Source of the DNA: Paraphysomonas bandaiensis
Taxonomy: Eukaryota; Protista; Chrysophyceae
Reading direction: 5' to 3'
Assembly (NCBI GenBank): GCA_965644295.1
Contig: CBFFRP010000318.1
Location: 1-64,000, forward strand
DNA: 64,000 nucleotides
In this document: piece by piece, positions 1-11,794 of the stretch
Layout: each line of letters begins with the position of its first letter
Position numbering within the stretch: the first letter of the stretch is position 1
Program-made: the position numbers and the translations under genes
The notes under the pieces: model-generated
The model's input: only the letters and a program-made list of their open reading frames with translations
What the model was told of the DNA's origin: nothing
The model's database searches: none

Positions 1-705
1 TGGTCCAGTAGCCAGGCGCTCGATCAGGATTGTGTCCGTAGCGTTGATCTCTGGTTGAAGTGTAGTTCTCAAGTGTCCTTAGGTCGCAGAGATCCTGGAA
101 ATTAGTAAGGAGTGGGCTAGAGTAGTATGGCCGTCTTGTACTGTGCATACGCCAGTGCCATAATCCAGCAGTTAGTAAGCGTTCGATGGCACTGTCAATC
201 GCAATTGTACAGACAGTGTAGTTATTTTTTCCAAGGATGCGATCGACTTCATGCCAGTCTTCACCCGCAACTGCGTCGGCAACTTCGCCGTTCACCCTTG
301 TCCTCAAACGTCACTCCGTTTCACAGTCTGTGGTACGTCGTTCGGGATGAGACCTCACCCAGGTCACCTGTCGTTTGCAATCTCTGCTGGCCGCGATGCT
401 TTCGAGTAGTACCCCTTTTGCACGGTGACCGAGAGCTCTGCGTCTTGTGGAAAGTGCTTCCTCAGTGCGGGTGCACACTGCCTGACAGTCTGTGTGGCTT
501 CTTATGTGTTCGGGAATACGTGTTGAGAGTATAAGCCCCATGGCTGTGCCTATGAGTTCATATGCGTATGAGTCCAAACCGGGCACGTCACGAAAGGGTG
601 TATCGAGTCGTAGTATTGTGGTTGTACCATCTTCCCAGGCCTTTCTGGGGGTAAGTAGACGACCGCTGCACCTCCTCGGTGTGTCCATCGTGTTCGCGGA
701 TTGAC
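1..705 (-). mobile_element. Degenerate non-LTR retrotransposon fragment (RNase H domain), runs off the window start
   Basis: ORF 311..688 has RNase H-like motifs (AYELIG, HTDCQAV, VTWVRSHPE). After an in-frame stop the same frame continues NGEVADAVA (the GNxxAD-like motif) and stays open to base 1. Confidence 0.6.
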
Positions 706-794
706 ATGAGTGAGGCGACGCGTGGATTATAACTCACAGATACAATCATGTATTAAGCTGAATCCTAATACCATGTTTGAGTAGAAGTTATTAT

Positions 795-1445
795 TTTTGA
801 CTAGGTGAATACCTTAAAACACCTAGTCAACCTAGTCATTGTAAACTGAAAATATGAATTATTAAATGACTAGGTTTTTCACCTACTTGACTAGGTTTTT
901 ACACCAATTTTGGTGTGACTAGGTAGTTCAACCATTTTGACTAGGTTGAATAATACATCCCTTAAAAACCTGCACCAACTTAGTAGCTAGATGAATGCTA
1001 GACAAACTAGTTAGACCTCTACCTGTAACTAATCAGTACACACTATTTAATCCTACTATTTAACTCTACGGAAGCTGCTTGTGTGTCGCCGCAAGCACCA
1101 AGGTGCGACCACTTCCGCTCTGAGTTCTTAAGGTGAACATCCCGGATGCTTGACTTCAGCAGGCAGCCCAAGACCCCGGTTACTCTTCAGGTGGGCCCTG
1201 TCCCGGATGCCCTTGAGGTGGGCCAATTCCCGAATGCCTGTTTATTCGTCAGGGCCCAAAGACGTCTACACAAGCGACACTTATTGGTGTCCCTTGTACC
1301 ACACAAGCATTCGGCTATGCGTGGGCAAATGAATATCTGCTGACTATGTTTCCCAGAGAGAATCTCTTCGGTACTTATCCCCCAGAACACCACGAAAAGG
1401 TGCGAGTCCGACTTTGTTGAGGGGAAAAGGTACTTATGTACGATA
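795..1445 (+). repeat. Dispersed composite repeat, copy 1 (GACTAGG array + CCGCAAGCACCAAGG module + TTATCCCCCAGAACACC module)
   Basis: The modules recur at 21400-21965, 37300-37610, 55945-56430 and 62018-62145. Confidence 0.65.
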
Positions 1446-1736
1446 CCCCTGCAGGAAGTGCATCGCATTGCTATCAATTCAATCCTATTCCTATAACGCT
1501 ATTACCTTGGATAGAAAATACTTTGAACTTAGAGATCAACCTTGCGGTAAGTGCAGTACCTTACATGTAGCTACTAGATATAAGGAAATCGATAAATGTG
1601 TTCCAACCACATTTAAAGTTACACATAAAATTCATAGTATTAAGAGTTATAATAAACACAAACTCATATCGTCATTAGCATGCAATGACTAACTATTGCA
1701 GCGTAGCATTTTGTGCAATCATTTTACAATGGCAAC

Positions 1737-3640
1737 TTATTCATGTCGTTTAACAATCCAGAATTCATCTGTTCCAATACTTCCAGTTACTGGTACAACA
1801 GAGTAATGTAGGTGTGTTGAGTTCGAAAAGGTGGCTATGCCAAACCCGAATGTGTCAGTATAGTTGCTGTCAAGGACGAGACCTTCCAACTCCGCCTTTC
1901 CGTCAGCTGTATGGGCATTCCTTGGTGGAATGTAACCATTTGCAAAGCGCTTAGCAGACCAGCGTGGTTGGGGATGAACCCAACGTTCAACCTGCATGGC
2001 ACCAGTATTGCCTTGAACCACATACACAGGCCCTTTATTGGTGGATCTGTACATGTCTACACCTTCCGATCCTTCGGGATAAGTTGTGGGGTGAGATGTT
2101 ACCTCACCGTTATTGACCGGATGTACACGCTCATAGGCATGTAAGTGTCCCTGTAGTACTAAGTCGACATCGTACTTCAGCATAAGTGGTTCAAGGGCTT
2201 GCTGGTACTTGCCCCCTGGGCTATGAGAATCGTATTGACTCTCATCCGAGCAGTAAATGGGTCTGTGTAATGACAACACAATCCATGGCACCTCCTTCCT
2301 ATTGTTGACCGCACGCTGCAAATCAGACTCCAGCCATACCATTTGGGGGCAATCGGGGTCGACACATTCCTCGGTACTGATGGAGACCATGTGGACGTTA
2401 CCATAGTCGTAGGAAAACCAAAAACTTCCATTCGAATTTTCAGACACCGGCATTTTGTAGCGGTGCGTAAACGCTGTCCAATTGTAGAAACCCTCGTGGT
2501 TTCCTGGGGTGGTCATGAAAGGCCGAGTTGCTGCAACTGGTTCAGTTTGAATTCCCCAAAGGTCCCATATCTACCGAAAAAATTAGAAACAGAATTTACA
2601 ATAGTAATCACATTAAGTATAATTACTACATACTCATTGTACAGCAACCTACGTGGCCAAATTCATCGTCCTCATCAACGTCGTTGAAAGGAGTTAAGTC
2701 TCCAGACAAACCCGCGTAACACAAATCCCCAGCATAGTGAACAATATCCACGCCAACTTCATCCTGTATCTCCTTCAATTTGTTACTTGTTGAGAAGCCA
2801 AGAAGCATAAAAGTTCCCTGATATAATATATTCAGAAATGACTGCCTGATTGACACATGGTTTTGCACACTTTCAATACGAACCTGGTCTCCGAAAGTTG
2901 CAAAAGTAGTTTTCTGGTCCGGGTTAGGCTCAGGAGACGATGAAAACATGAAGTCCTTGCTCCTTCTAATTGTGCTGTTGACTGGATCATACCCACCCAC
3001 GCGATAGCGATACTGCTTTTTACCAGGAATTAAATCAACCATGTTGGCCTCATATAACACGCCAGCGAACGCAGGATACCTGTTAAGCCAAACAATTTAA
3101 TATCCTAATACTCATATCTCAATTGTATTACCAATTCTGAGGAACAGAGTAGGTATAATCAACAGCAGGCACAGCAATGGTCGTATCCTCACACCAGTCG
3201 TTTAAGTCAGCTGTATACTCCACAAAAGGGTCAATCAGCTTATCCATAGAAGCCCACATGACTTTCATTTCCGTCAAAGAATCGGTTAGAGAGATATGAA
3301 CCTCCTGTGGCTGGTAGGGGTCATCTGATATCATATCCCCATAGAGGGTATCGAGTAGCCGCTCAAGATACGTCCATTCGAGTCCGTTATTCCCATTAAC
3401 GATCTCACTCATATATCTCACACACGGGCCCTCACACACTGTGTCACTGTCGTGAAGTTTCAGTAGTTTCATGAGGCTGTCGAATGTGAGTTTATCTGTT
3501 CCAGCTATGGACTTATAAGCCTCCACTTGCTCTCGTATTAAACGAGATGTAGCCCGTGTTGATACCTCCGCATATGATGCTGAGACACACAGACACAGGT
3601 AGATAAAGACTGCTGATAGAGAGGAGAGGGGAGCTCTCAT
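1737..3640 (-). CDS. Secreted purple acid phosphatase (metallophosphoesterase), 4 exons
   Basis: Signal peptide; PQEVHISL N-domain; metal motifs FGD, GDLCY, GNHE, LSLHRP and GHLHAY. GT-AG introns at about 3131-3080, 2884-2818 and 2652-2571 join ORFs 3128..3640, 2626..3060 and 1737..2516. Confidence 0.92.
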
Positions 3641-4155
3641 ATTCAGATATAGCTACGGTATTGGATAGACAGGAGTCGATCTCTTTGGTGTGATCGAGCT
3701 CTATGTTGGTACATATATATACACACAGCTGACAGAGCAGGTTCTTATGGTTTGAACTACAGTGTATACTATACTACCATACACCAGACACCATACCACC
3801 ACATTATGTACTATACATAGCAGAGCAGTGAGCAGCGGGCCATTATACGGCTGTATGCTGTATGTATTTCATTGGTATACAATATACAAGCCTGCTGTGT
3901 GTGACTCGCTGGTCATGGATTCACTAGCAGCAGTTGGTGTGATAACTAGGCAGTGTCTGTATGCTTCGTATATCTAGCGGTACTATACTATACTAGTTAG
4001 AGAATGGACACAGAAAGTTCATGCAGCCAATGAGAGAAAAGTCCAAAAATAGGATATGAACTGCCGCATATGACTTGAGCGATTCGATTCGCCTCAGAGA
4101 CCATATCACATCAGCGAATACTATCAATCGAAAGAGACACTACATTGTCTATATA

Positions 4156-4359
4156 ATGGGAAACGCATGCGATAAAAATGGACATCAATTTGAAATCATC
4201 GACAACGGTGATCACAAGGGGCCATGGGGAGGGTTCTTCTTCGGTCATAAGTGCTGCGGTCAGTGCGATGGGGCCACTCAGTGCTATGGCAGATGCAACA
4301 ACCGCTGCAGATATTTGCTGTGTCAGAGATGTGGCGAACGAAAAGACATTGAAAGTTGA
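4156..4359 (+). CDS. Small Cys-rich protein (67 aa, 9 Cys), MGNAC N-terminus
   Basis: ATG at 4156 within ORF 4075..4359; C-x3-GH...CxxCG zinc-ribbon-like frame; divergent from the phosphatase gene. Confidence 0.5.
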   Translation: MGNACDKNGHQFEIIDNGDHKGPWGGFFFGHKCCGQCDGATQCYGRCNNRCRYLLCQRCGERKDIES

Positions 4360-4779
4360 CCAGATCCCATGATTGCGGTACTGCAATCTCATTATCACGT
4401 TAGCGGGGATGTATATCACTCCATCGTTGCACTGGTGCACCTGAATTGATTCGATCTATCACTAATTAATAATATTTATATGGAATGAATCATACATACA
4501 TGTTGTGATGATGAGGCTATTCATCAATATATAGATCGTTTCTTAAACTATTCTCGTTGATATAATACTACAGCTCAAGACAGCAGACGAGAGCACTAGA
4601 ACTCATAGAGTGTACCTATAAAGATACAAAGCATATATATTTATAAGTGTATGCAAAAATGAAACGTGAGAGGAACTTTATTCCATCATACCTGAACTAG
4701 ATATTATATATTCTTCTTAATAATATTCCCTAGTGCAATGGTTATGATTTTTGATGGTAAAACTAAGCAATACATAGGT

Positions 4780-5322
4780 GACTACAGCTTTTCAATATAT
4801 TTACAATCATCAGTGTGAACTTTGTGATTTTTGCACTACATACATGATTATATTAACTGGTATTCAACAAAGTTGTGACTTGAGTACAAAGCACAACTCT
4901 TCGTTAATATACTATTTACTCCACTATTATTATATCCTGTAGGAATGATATGCAGCTAATAATAGTCCTCATTCTTTATCTTGTTTACTACTACTCGATT
5001 CATGCACAGAAAGCCTCTTTTACTCCGTTCATGAATAGAACGAAACATACTATTGAATCACCCAGACTACTTTACTCAGTTTGTTCAACCTATTGTTTAC
5101 CAGGAAGTTCTACTGTACAAATCGGTAAAAAGAATGTTACTGTGACACCAAGGTCTCTGCATCAGTCTCGTCTAATCCAAAAGCCAAGCCTATGTCTCGG
5201 ATTTGATCCTCACTAGCATTGGCAATGGAAGGGTCTAACCCTCCAAGCATAAGCCTGAGGGTCCTTCTCACTGACTCGAATTTGGTAGACTCTTGTGCGC
5301 TATCAAGAGTCTCCTCTTCCAT
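4780..5322 (-). pseudogene. Possible pseudogene divergent from the kinase (MEEETLDSAQ...); also present in copies 2 and 3
   Basis: A 61-codon first exon ends at a plausible donor (CA|GTAACA). A downstream frame looks coding-like but is interrupted by TAG/TAA. Confidence 0.3.
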
Positions 5323-5513
5323 AATAATAATAACAATACAATCAAATCACAATGAACAAATATATGTCTACAACTACAATGCTATCTACCAGCAATTTCA
5401 AGAGTAAGGAAATTGCATCTTATTATAGATAATTAATATGTATACTACCTACGATTCCGTGATCAATGGAATGAACATCATTCATATTCAATACCAAACA
5501 CATCAGTCTAATA

Positions 5514-5680
5514 CTGGGGGTGGTTGTGCATATCGATTTCATCGATTTGTTCATCGTTTATTTCATCGAAAAATCATCGTTTTTTCATTAAAAAGTCACT
5601 TTTTTCACTTTTCACTGAAAAAACGATGATTTTTCGATGAAATAAATGATGAACAAATCGATATGCACAACCACCCCCAG
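5514..5680. mobile_element. Foldback MITE, copy 1 (Tc1/mariner-like termini)
   Basis: Long inverted arms CTGGGGGTGGTTGTGCATATCGAT...ATCGATATGCACAACCACCCCCAG; preceded by TA. Confidence 0.8.
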
Positions 5681-5746
5681 ATTTGTTGTTTTACGAAAAT
5701 AATCATTAATAAATAGAACAAACACAACAACTTGCGCTTTGATCAA

Positions 5747-7399
5747 ATGGATCTCATAGATCGTTATGAACAGAAATTAGGTAATGGTGAAACCTTGAAT
5801 GAACAACAATGGGAACAGTACAAAATTTTGAAAGAAGAGAGGAGAGAGAGAGAGAGAGCGAGAGAGAGGAGAGCGATCCTAGAGATTCAAGTAGAGCTTG
5901 AGAGAGTTAAGCTGGATGTTGAAAAAAAGAATTTAGGAGGTGAGTGCCATTGCAAAATGGAAAATGTCAATAACATATATGTAGCTGAAGTTGCCCGCTT
6001 ACGGCACCAACTTGATTCTACAACCACTCTTAGTGTTAACTTGCTTGGAGATCCTACAACAGCACTAGCAGACTACTTCGATAATGCTAGTGTTATGAGT
6101 GTGTCTGAGTTAATTCCTGATCCAGATCAGGAACTTAATTGGAATGGCGAGTGGGAATCGTATTGTGTCCCCAAATCATCCATAATGGAGAAAGATAAAA
6201 CGATCGGCAATGCTTTGATTAAAGGTATACAATCGATATGGAACGAGCATTTTATTAAGCACAAAATTGGACATTGGACTTTTACAGACACTCACAATGG
6301 ATGGCAGAAATTCACAGTAGACTGTGTTATGCATCTGAAGGACACTCCCTTATGTGAAATGGGAATTGGGCTTGTGATTGAACTGGTTGGGCAAAACGAA
6401 GAGGGGTGGCCAAGCAAAGCTCACAAATCTAAATTCGTTCGGGACCTGATTCGCCTGCACAATAGGGTGCGTCGACCTGTGTACGGCGTTGTTTTAGATC
6501 TTGGCCGTGCAGTCTGTTTTCGCCTCAGTGGTATGGAGGAAGGTGGAATTCCAAACTTATCAAAGACACCGGTGCAAAGCGGCGGAGATGTCCGCACCTT
6601 AATGACGCGCATTGTATCTTTACAGCCACGTGACCTGGGGGTGGGAAGCGTTGAATTCAATTTTAGCGATGATGGCAGGCTCGTGTATCCAAAGCGCATC
6701 CTTGGCAGTGGGGCGCAAGGAGTCGTGTATCAGGCAGATGGGGAGGACGGGGACATTTTTATCAAACAAGTGCATACTCGGGAGCATTATGACACTGAAA
6801 CTTCCGTGCTGAAATGTCTGAGTCAAATTAAAGGAGTGCCCCAATTGCTTAGACGTGACGACGAAAAGCTTGCATTCGCAGCCATACCTGTTGGGCGCCG
6901 CATAACTCTCTTCCGACAAAATCTCCAAATTCCAAAGTTTGCAGCATTTTTGACAGAAACCTTAAAATGTGCGCATGAAAAGGGGGTTGTGCATCGCGAT
7001 GTCCGCCCGTCCAATTTGGCTGTTGCCAAGGACAATCACCCCGTCCTCCTGGACTTTGGATGCGCGTGTCGTACTGGAGAAGAGATTGCTTATTCTGGTT
7101 CTGTACATTATGCTGCAGAAGACGTGTTGATACAATTGCGAAACCGTATACATGTTGTGGAATATCATCCCTGGTTTGACTTAGAATCGCTGGTGTACTC
7201 GATGTGGGACCTGAAGCATGAACTATTGTTGGATGTGGCTCTATTTGATAAGAATGATGCTGTCTATGACCGTGTGTGTGATTGGTGGATTTCCGAAAGG
7301 AAAGAAAACGAAAAGTTGCGCCAGCTTGTTAGTATGGCACGAGCATCTGATTATGACAGATTAGCGGATCGTGGTACATGGATGATGCTTTTGGCCTAA
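5747..7399 (+). CDS. Crinkler-like protein: coiled-coil header + REase-like domain + protein kinase, copy 1
   Basis: ATG at 5747. Kinase motifs LGSGAQGVVY, FIK, HRDVRPSN, DFG and DLESLVY are intact. The middle segment VDC..LVIELV..RRPVYGVVLDLG resembles the CR-REase found ahead of CR kinases. Probable in-frame 45 nt intron at 5940-5984 (GTGAGT...TAG). Confidence 0.8.
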   Translation: MDLIDRYEQKLGNGETLNEQQWEQYKILKEERRERERARERRAILEIQVELERVKLDVEKKNLGGECHCKMENVNNIYVAEVARLRHQLDSTTTLSVNLLGDPTTALADYFDNASVMSVSELIPDPDQELNWNGEWESYCVPKSSIMEKDKTIGNALIKGIQSIWNEHFIKHKIGHWTFTDTHNGWQKFTVDCVMHLKDTPLCEMGIGLVIELVGQNEEGWPSKAHKSKFVRDLIRLHNRVRRPVYGVVLDLGRAVCFRLSGMEEGGIPNLSKTPVQSGGDVRTLMTRIVSLQPRDLGVGSVEFNFSDDGRLVYPKRILGSGAQGVVYQADGEDGDIFIKQVHTREHYDTETSVLKCLSQIKGVPQLLRRDDEKLAFAAIPVGRRITLFRQNLQIPKFAAFLTETLKCAHEKGVVHRDVRPSNLAVAKDNHPVLLDFGCACRTGEEIAYSGSVHYAAEDVLIQLRNRIHVVEYHPWFDLESLVYSMWDLKHELLLDVALFDKNDAVYDRVCDWWISERKENEKLRQLVSMARASDYDRLADRGTWMMLLA

Positions 7400-8699
7400 G
7401 AACCCACCCCCTTTTGTGTGCATTATAATATTCTCCCTTGTTTAATTTATATATTGATTGCACCCCCGACACTTATTAGTTACCCAGCCCACCATTGCAC
7501 TTGTTGAATGCTGTGCGTAACTAGGTAGTAATAAGTACATGATTCGAAAACGCCAAAATTTATTGCGGTCGCTACAGCAGGCAGTCTAGCTAGTGTAATA
7601 AACAGCTATCTGGCTATTTTATCCTATTATCCCTCTATTGTATATGCTTAGGCTTGTATATATTATATGTTAGAAATAGGTACATTGCTATTATTATTGC
7701 AATCCATATGAGGTTCTATTGATACTATGACAAGGGTAATTTATGCTTATTATTGATATATATGTATCTATTCAACAGAGAAAAGACAAACAAAAGACAT
7801 AGTGATTGATAGTGAAGCATAATGATGAAGATATCAACGTATGATAACTATATGATATTATGAGATGAAGGCTGGAGAAGTTTACTGGAGAATTCCGGGT
7901 TTGATATCCACGCTGATAGACGTGTATTGCCAGATTATCCAGTAATACAGTTGTACTTTACGTATTCCAGTGTGTTTATTGAACTGTACTTGGTAGTACG
8001 TATACTCTGTTTGAACTACAATGAGAATACTGAATGTATCTTCCCTTTTACGTTGATGATGAATGATCAGCGTAGAGAAATACGTACTTGGATCGAAAAT
8101 ACAACACTGATACTACAGATCAATCAAACACTCACAGATTCAGTTCGCCCGTTGTCCTCCGTTCAAACTACACTACAGGTAGGCAAAAGACAAGTCTCTT
8201 TGCAGATACTACAGAAATCGTTAGTGGTGTCTTCCTACAACACAATAATACTACAGCTGATCATGTTCTATGGTGTGATGGAGGAGTGTAAAGTATGAAA
8301 ACACCGTAGACGAGGTTTGTGATGGAGCTCTGGTACCCTTAATATTCCACAGGGCGTGTTCGGTGCAAGTAGGTGTCTCCAGGGTGGTTTCGGGTGTTGT
8401 GGGATAGGCCAGTGAGCGCCAGCTGTTGCAATGAGCTGATGGGGACGGAATTGGGTGTTGAGTAAACCCGCAGAATGGGGACCCTGTCGGATATGCAGAC
8501 TGCGAGGATGGCAATAAGGGAAGCCATGCTGTGGGTCAGAGCGACACTGCCAGGGCTGCATCCCTGCACTGGAGTGTGTGTAGGCTCGATTTGTAATGTG
8601 TTATTGGGTGTTTGTTGGGCGTCCATCCAAAGACCTGAATATGTAGGTGTTTGGTAGTTGTGGTGCATGGGACAATTTGTAGTTATAGTGTGGTCACCG

Positions 8700-9231
8700 T
8701 GAGGTGGATGTGGTCATGTGGACCGAGGTAGAGCGTGTAATAAGAAGTTTTCTTAAATGGTGCCTGTAGCTTCCTAGAGCTAGGAAAAAGTTTTCTGACA
8801 TACTGCTCCTGACTGAGAGTCGTGATATTCTTGTCAAAATCTTGATGGATGGAAATGCCCAAGTAATAATCTAAGAGTCCGAGATCCGTAATTTCGAACT
8901 TTTTGGATAAATGGTCTTTGAATTGTTGGATATCAGTGTCGGATGTGGATGCTATAATAATATCATCCACATACATGGCTATTAGCATAATCCTGCCATT
9001 AATCTGCTTTTTGAATATACACGGGTCAGATATTAGTCTGGTGAAGCCCATATCTAGCATAAAATTTGTACAGCACTTATACCAGTTAAGACCTGCTTGC
9101 TTTAGACCATAGATGCTTTTCATCAGTTTGAGGACTTTTCCGTCAGGGACGTCCATGCCAGAAGGGGGATGCATGTATATGTCCTCTTCGAGGTCAGCAT
9201 TGATGTACGCAGTTGTGAAATCGATTTGGTG
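8700..9231 (-). mobile_element. Copia-type reverse transcriptase fragment (a different family from the intact element)
   Basis: HQIDFTTAYINADLEEDIYM, LMKSIYGLKQAG, YVDDII and DLGLLDYYLGI motifs; interrupted at 9231 by an LTR. Confidence 0.9.
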
Positions 9232-10372
9232 TGTTGAGATCTGAAGATTCTATATACTTGCAATTGAGTGCAGTATTATGTGGGATGCAAGGATCGAAAG
9301 ATATATATGTAATTAGTACATTATATTGTGTAGTATGAAACTGAAGCAGAAGTGGGTGGCTATACAGGATACGATCACTGAGTGTGTGGTTTGTACACTA
9401 TAGTAGTAAATGAATGGTGTTGAACACATCGAACACAACTTAGGTTCTTTATCATGTAATGTTTATAATTTCATCTTATCATTTGAGAATAGTAAACCTT
9501 AGCAAATAATGTCAACTTCTGTTATGGTAGCGAATGCTAGTTGTAGGGATGGGGAAGATGACAAGAAGCTACGGTTTGACAAGAACCAAGCAGACTATTC
9601 AGCGAGAAAAATTAAGATGCATCTGATGAAGAAAAACAGAAACCATCTTGGCTTGGAGGACCTGCCAGCCGGAGGAAGGAATTCAGAGTCATGGAGAGAG
9701 CGTAATGATACCTGTGTTAGTACTATTTGGGAGGCTTGCGAGCATGACCCTGATGTGTTGGAGGTAGCCAATCAATATTTGGAGGGGAAGGCAATTTTAC
9801 CTGCTGATGACCCTGCTAAGGAGGTGTTATCCAGTGAGCTCCTTCAGACACTGGTTGATAGAGGTTCAGAGGCGAGATTGGGACTTTATTGGAGAAGACT
9901 ACGGCAGAATACCATTCGTTCAAAATAAGGCCGGGGGAAAAGGTGTCTGTTGGGGTAGATCGACTGAACGGTATAATCCAGAAGCTCATAAAATTGGGAC
10001 AACCGCAGACAGAGGCAAGTAAATTAGCAAAGATAAAAGCAGCGCTGCAGATAGAGGAATTACATGATTTATGGATGTCGGTAGCGATGATGCCTAAAAA
10101 GCAACAACTACATTTAATTCGGTGAAAGAGGCTTGTGAAGAGTATGACGAGGCTATGACGCAGCTGAAGAAACTAAAGGGAGAAAAATCTGAAGAGATCA
10201 ATTTTACAGCGTCGAAGGAGCCAGTGGTTTGTTCATTTTGTCGGAAGAAGGGACATGTAGCAGCGAATTGTTATGCTAAGGAACGACAAAGAAAAATGGA
10301 CAAGTTCAAAAGAAAAGGGAAGACAAAGGTAAAGGCTTCGAAGAGTGTGCAGCAGCCAGGATCAAAGGATTA
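9232..10372 (+). mobile_element. Truncated, frameshifted copy of the Copia element at 38334-43626 (LTR 9232-9524, PBS, 5' gag)
   Basis: LTR starts TGTTGAGATC; PBS TGGTAGCG; gag pieces 9509..9928, 9889..10125 and 10122..10372 match ORF 41076..43349, including the CSFCRKKGHVAANC knuckle. Confidence 0.93.
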
Positions 10373-11561
10373 TGTATATCACTCCATAGTTGCACTGGTG
10401 CACCTGAATTGATTCGATCTATCACTAATTAATAATATTTATATGGAATGAATCATACATACATGTTGTGATGATGAGGCTATTCATCAATATATAGATC
10501 GTTTCTTAAACTATTCTCGTTGATATAATACTACAGCTCAAGACAGCAGACGAGAGCACTAGAACTCATAGAGTGTACCTATAAAGATACAAAGCATATA
10601 TATTTATAAGTGTATGCAACTAGTATTCAACTAGCCGCTATATCGGAACGAGTTTTTAACGCCTATTGCTAAATAAAAAGACATTCAATAATATAAGTGT
10701 ATGCAAAAATGAAACGTGAGAGGAACTTTATTTCATCATACCTGAACTAGATATTATATTCTTCTTAATAATATTCCCTAGTGCAATGGTTATGATTTTT
10801 GTTGGTAAAAATAAGCAATACATAGGTGACTACAGCTTTTCAATATATTTACAATCATCAGTGTGAACTTTGTGATTTGTGAACTACATACATGATTATA
10901 TTAACTGGTATTCAACAAAGTTGTGACTTGAGTACAAAGCACAACTCTTCGTTAATATACTATTTACTCCACTATTATTATATCCTGTAGGAATGATATG
11001 CAGCTAATAATAGTCCTCATTCTTTATCTTGTTTACTACTACTCGATTCATGCACAGAAAGCCTCTTTTACTCCGTTCATGAATAGAACGAAACATACTA
11101 TTGAATCACCCAGACTACTTTACTCAGTTTGTTCAACCTATTGTTTACCAGGAAGTTCTACTGTACAAATCGGTAAAAAGAATGTTACTGTGACACCAAG
11201 GTCTCTGCATCAGTCTCGTCTAATCCAAAAGCCAAGCCTATGTCTCGGATTTGATCCTCACTAGCATTGGCAATGGAAGGGTCTAACCCTCCAAGCATAA
11301 GCCTGAGGGTCCTTCTCACTGACTCGAATTTGGTAGACTCTTGTGCGCTATCAAGAGTCTCCTCTTCCATAATAATAATAACAATACAATCAAATCACAA
11401 TGAACAAATATATGTCTACAACTACAATGCTATCTACCAGCAATTTCAAGAGTAAGGAAATTGCATCTTATTATAGATAATTAATATGTATACTACCTAC
11501 GATTCCGTGATCAATGGAATGAACATCATTCATATTCAATACCAAACACATCAGTCTAATA

Positions 11562-11728
11562 CTGGGGGTGGTTGTGCATATCGATTTCATCGATTTGTTC
11601 ATCGTTTATTTCATCGAAAAATCATCGTTTTTTCATTAAAAAGTCACTTTTTTCACTTTTCACTGAAAAAACGATGATTTTTCGATGAAATAAATGATGA
11701 ACAAATCGATATGCACAACCACCCCCAG
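11562..11728. mobile_element. Foldback MITE, copy 2
   Basis: Same sequence as 5514-5680. Confidence 0.8.
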
Positions 11729-11794
11729 ATTTGTTGTTTTACGAAAATAATCATTAATAAATAGAACAAACACAACAACTTGCGCTTTGATCAA

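Noticed and set aside
1374-1420. Superficial resemblance to a tracrRNA 3' end or a tRNA B box (GAAAAGGTGCGAGTCCG)
   Set aside because: Short match inside a dispersed repeat; no A box, cloverleaf or RNA-guided nuclease in the window.
8250-8690. GC-richer coding-like segment next to the RT fragment (also 14300-14750)
   Set aside because: Frames differ between the copies and no motif is recognisable; probably a TE relic, but unassignable.
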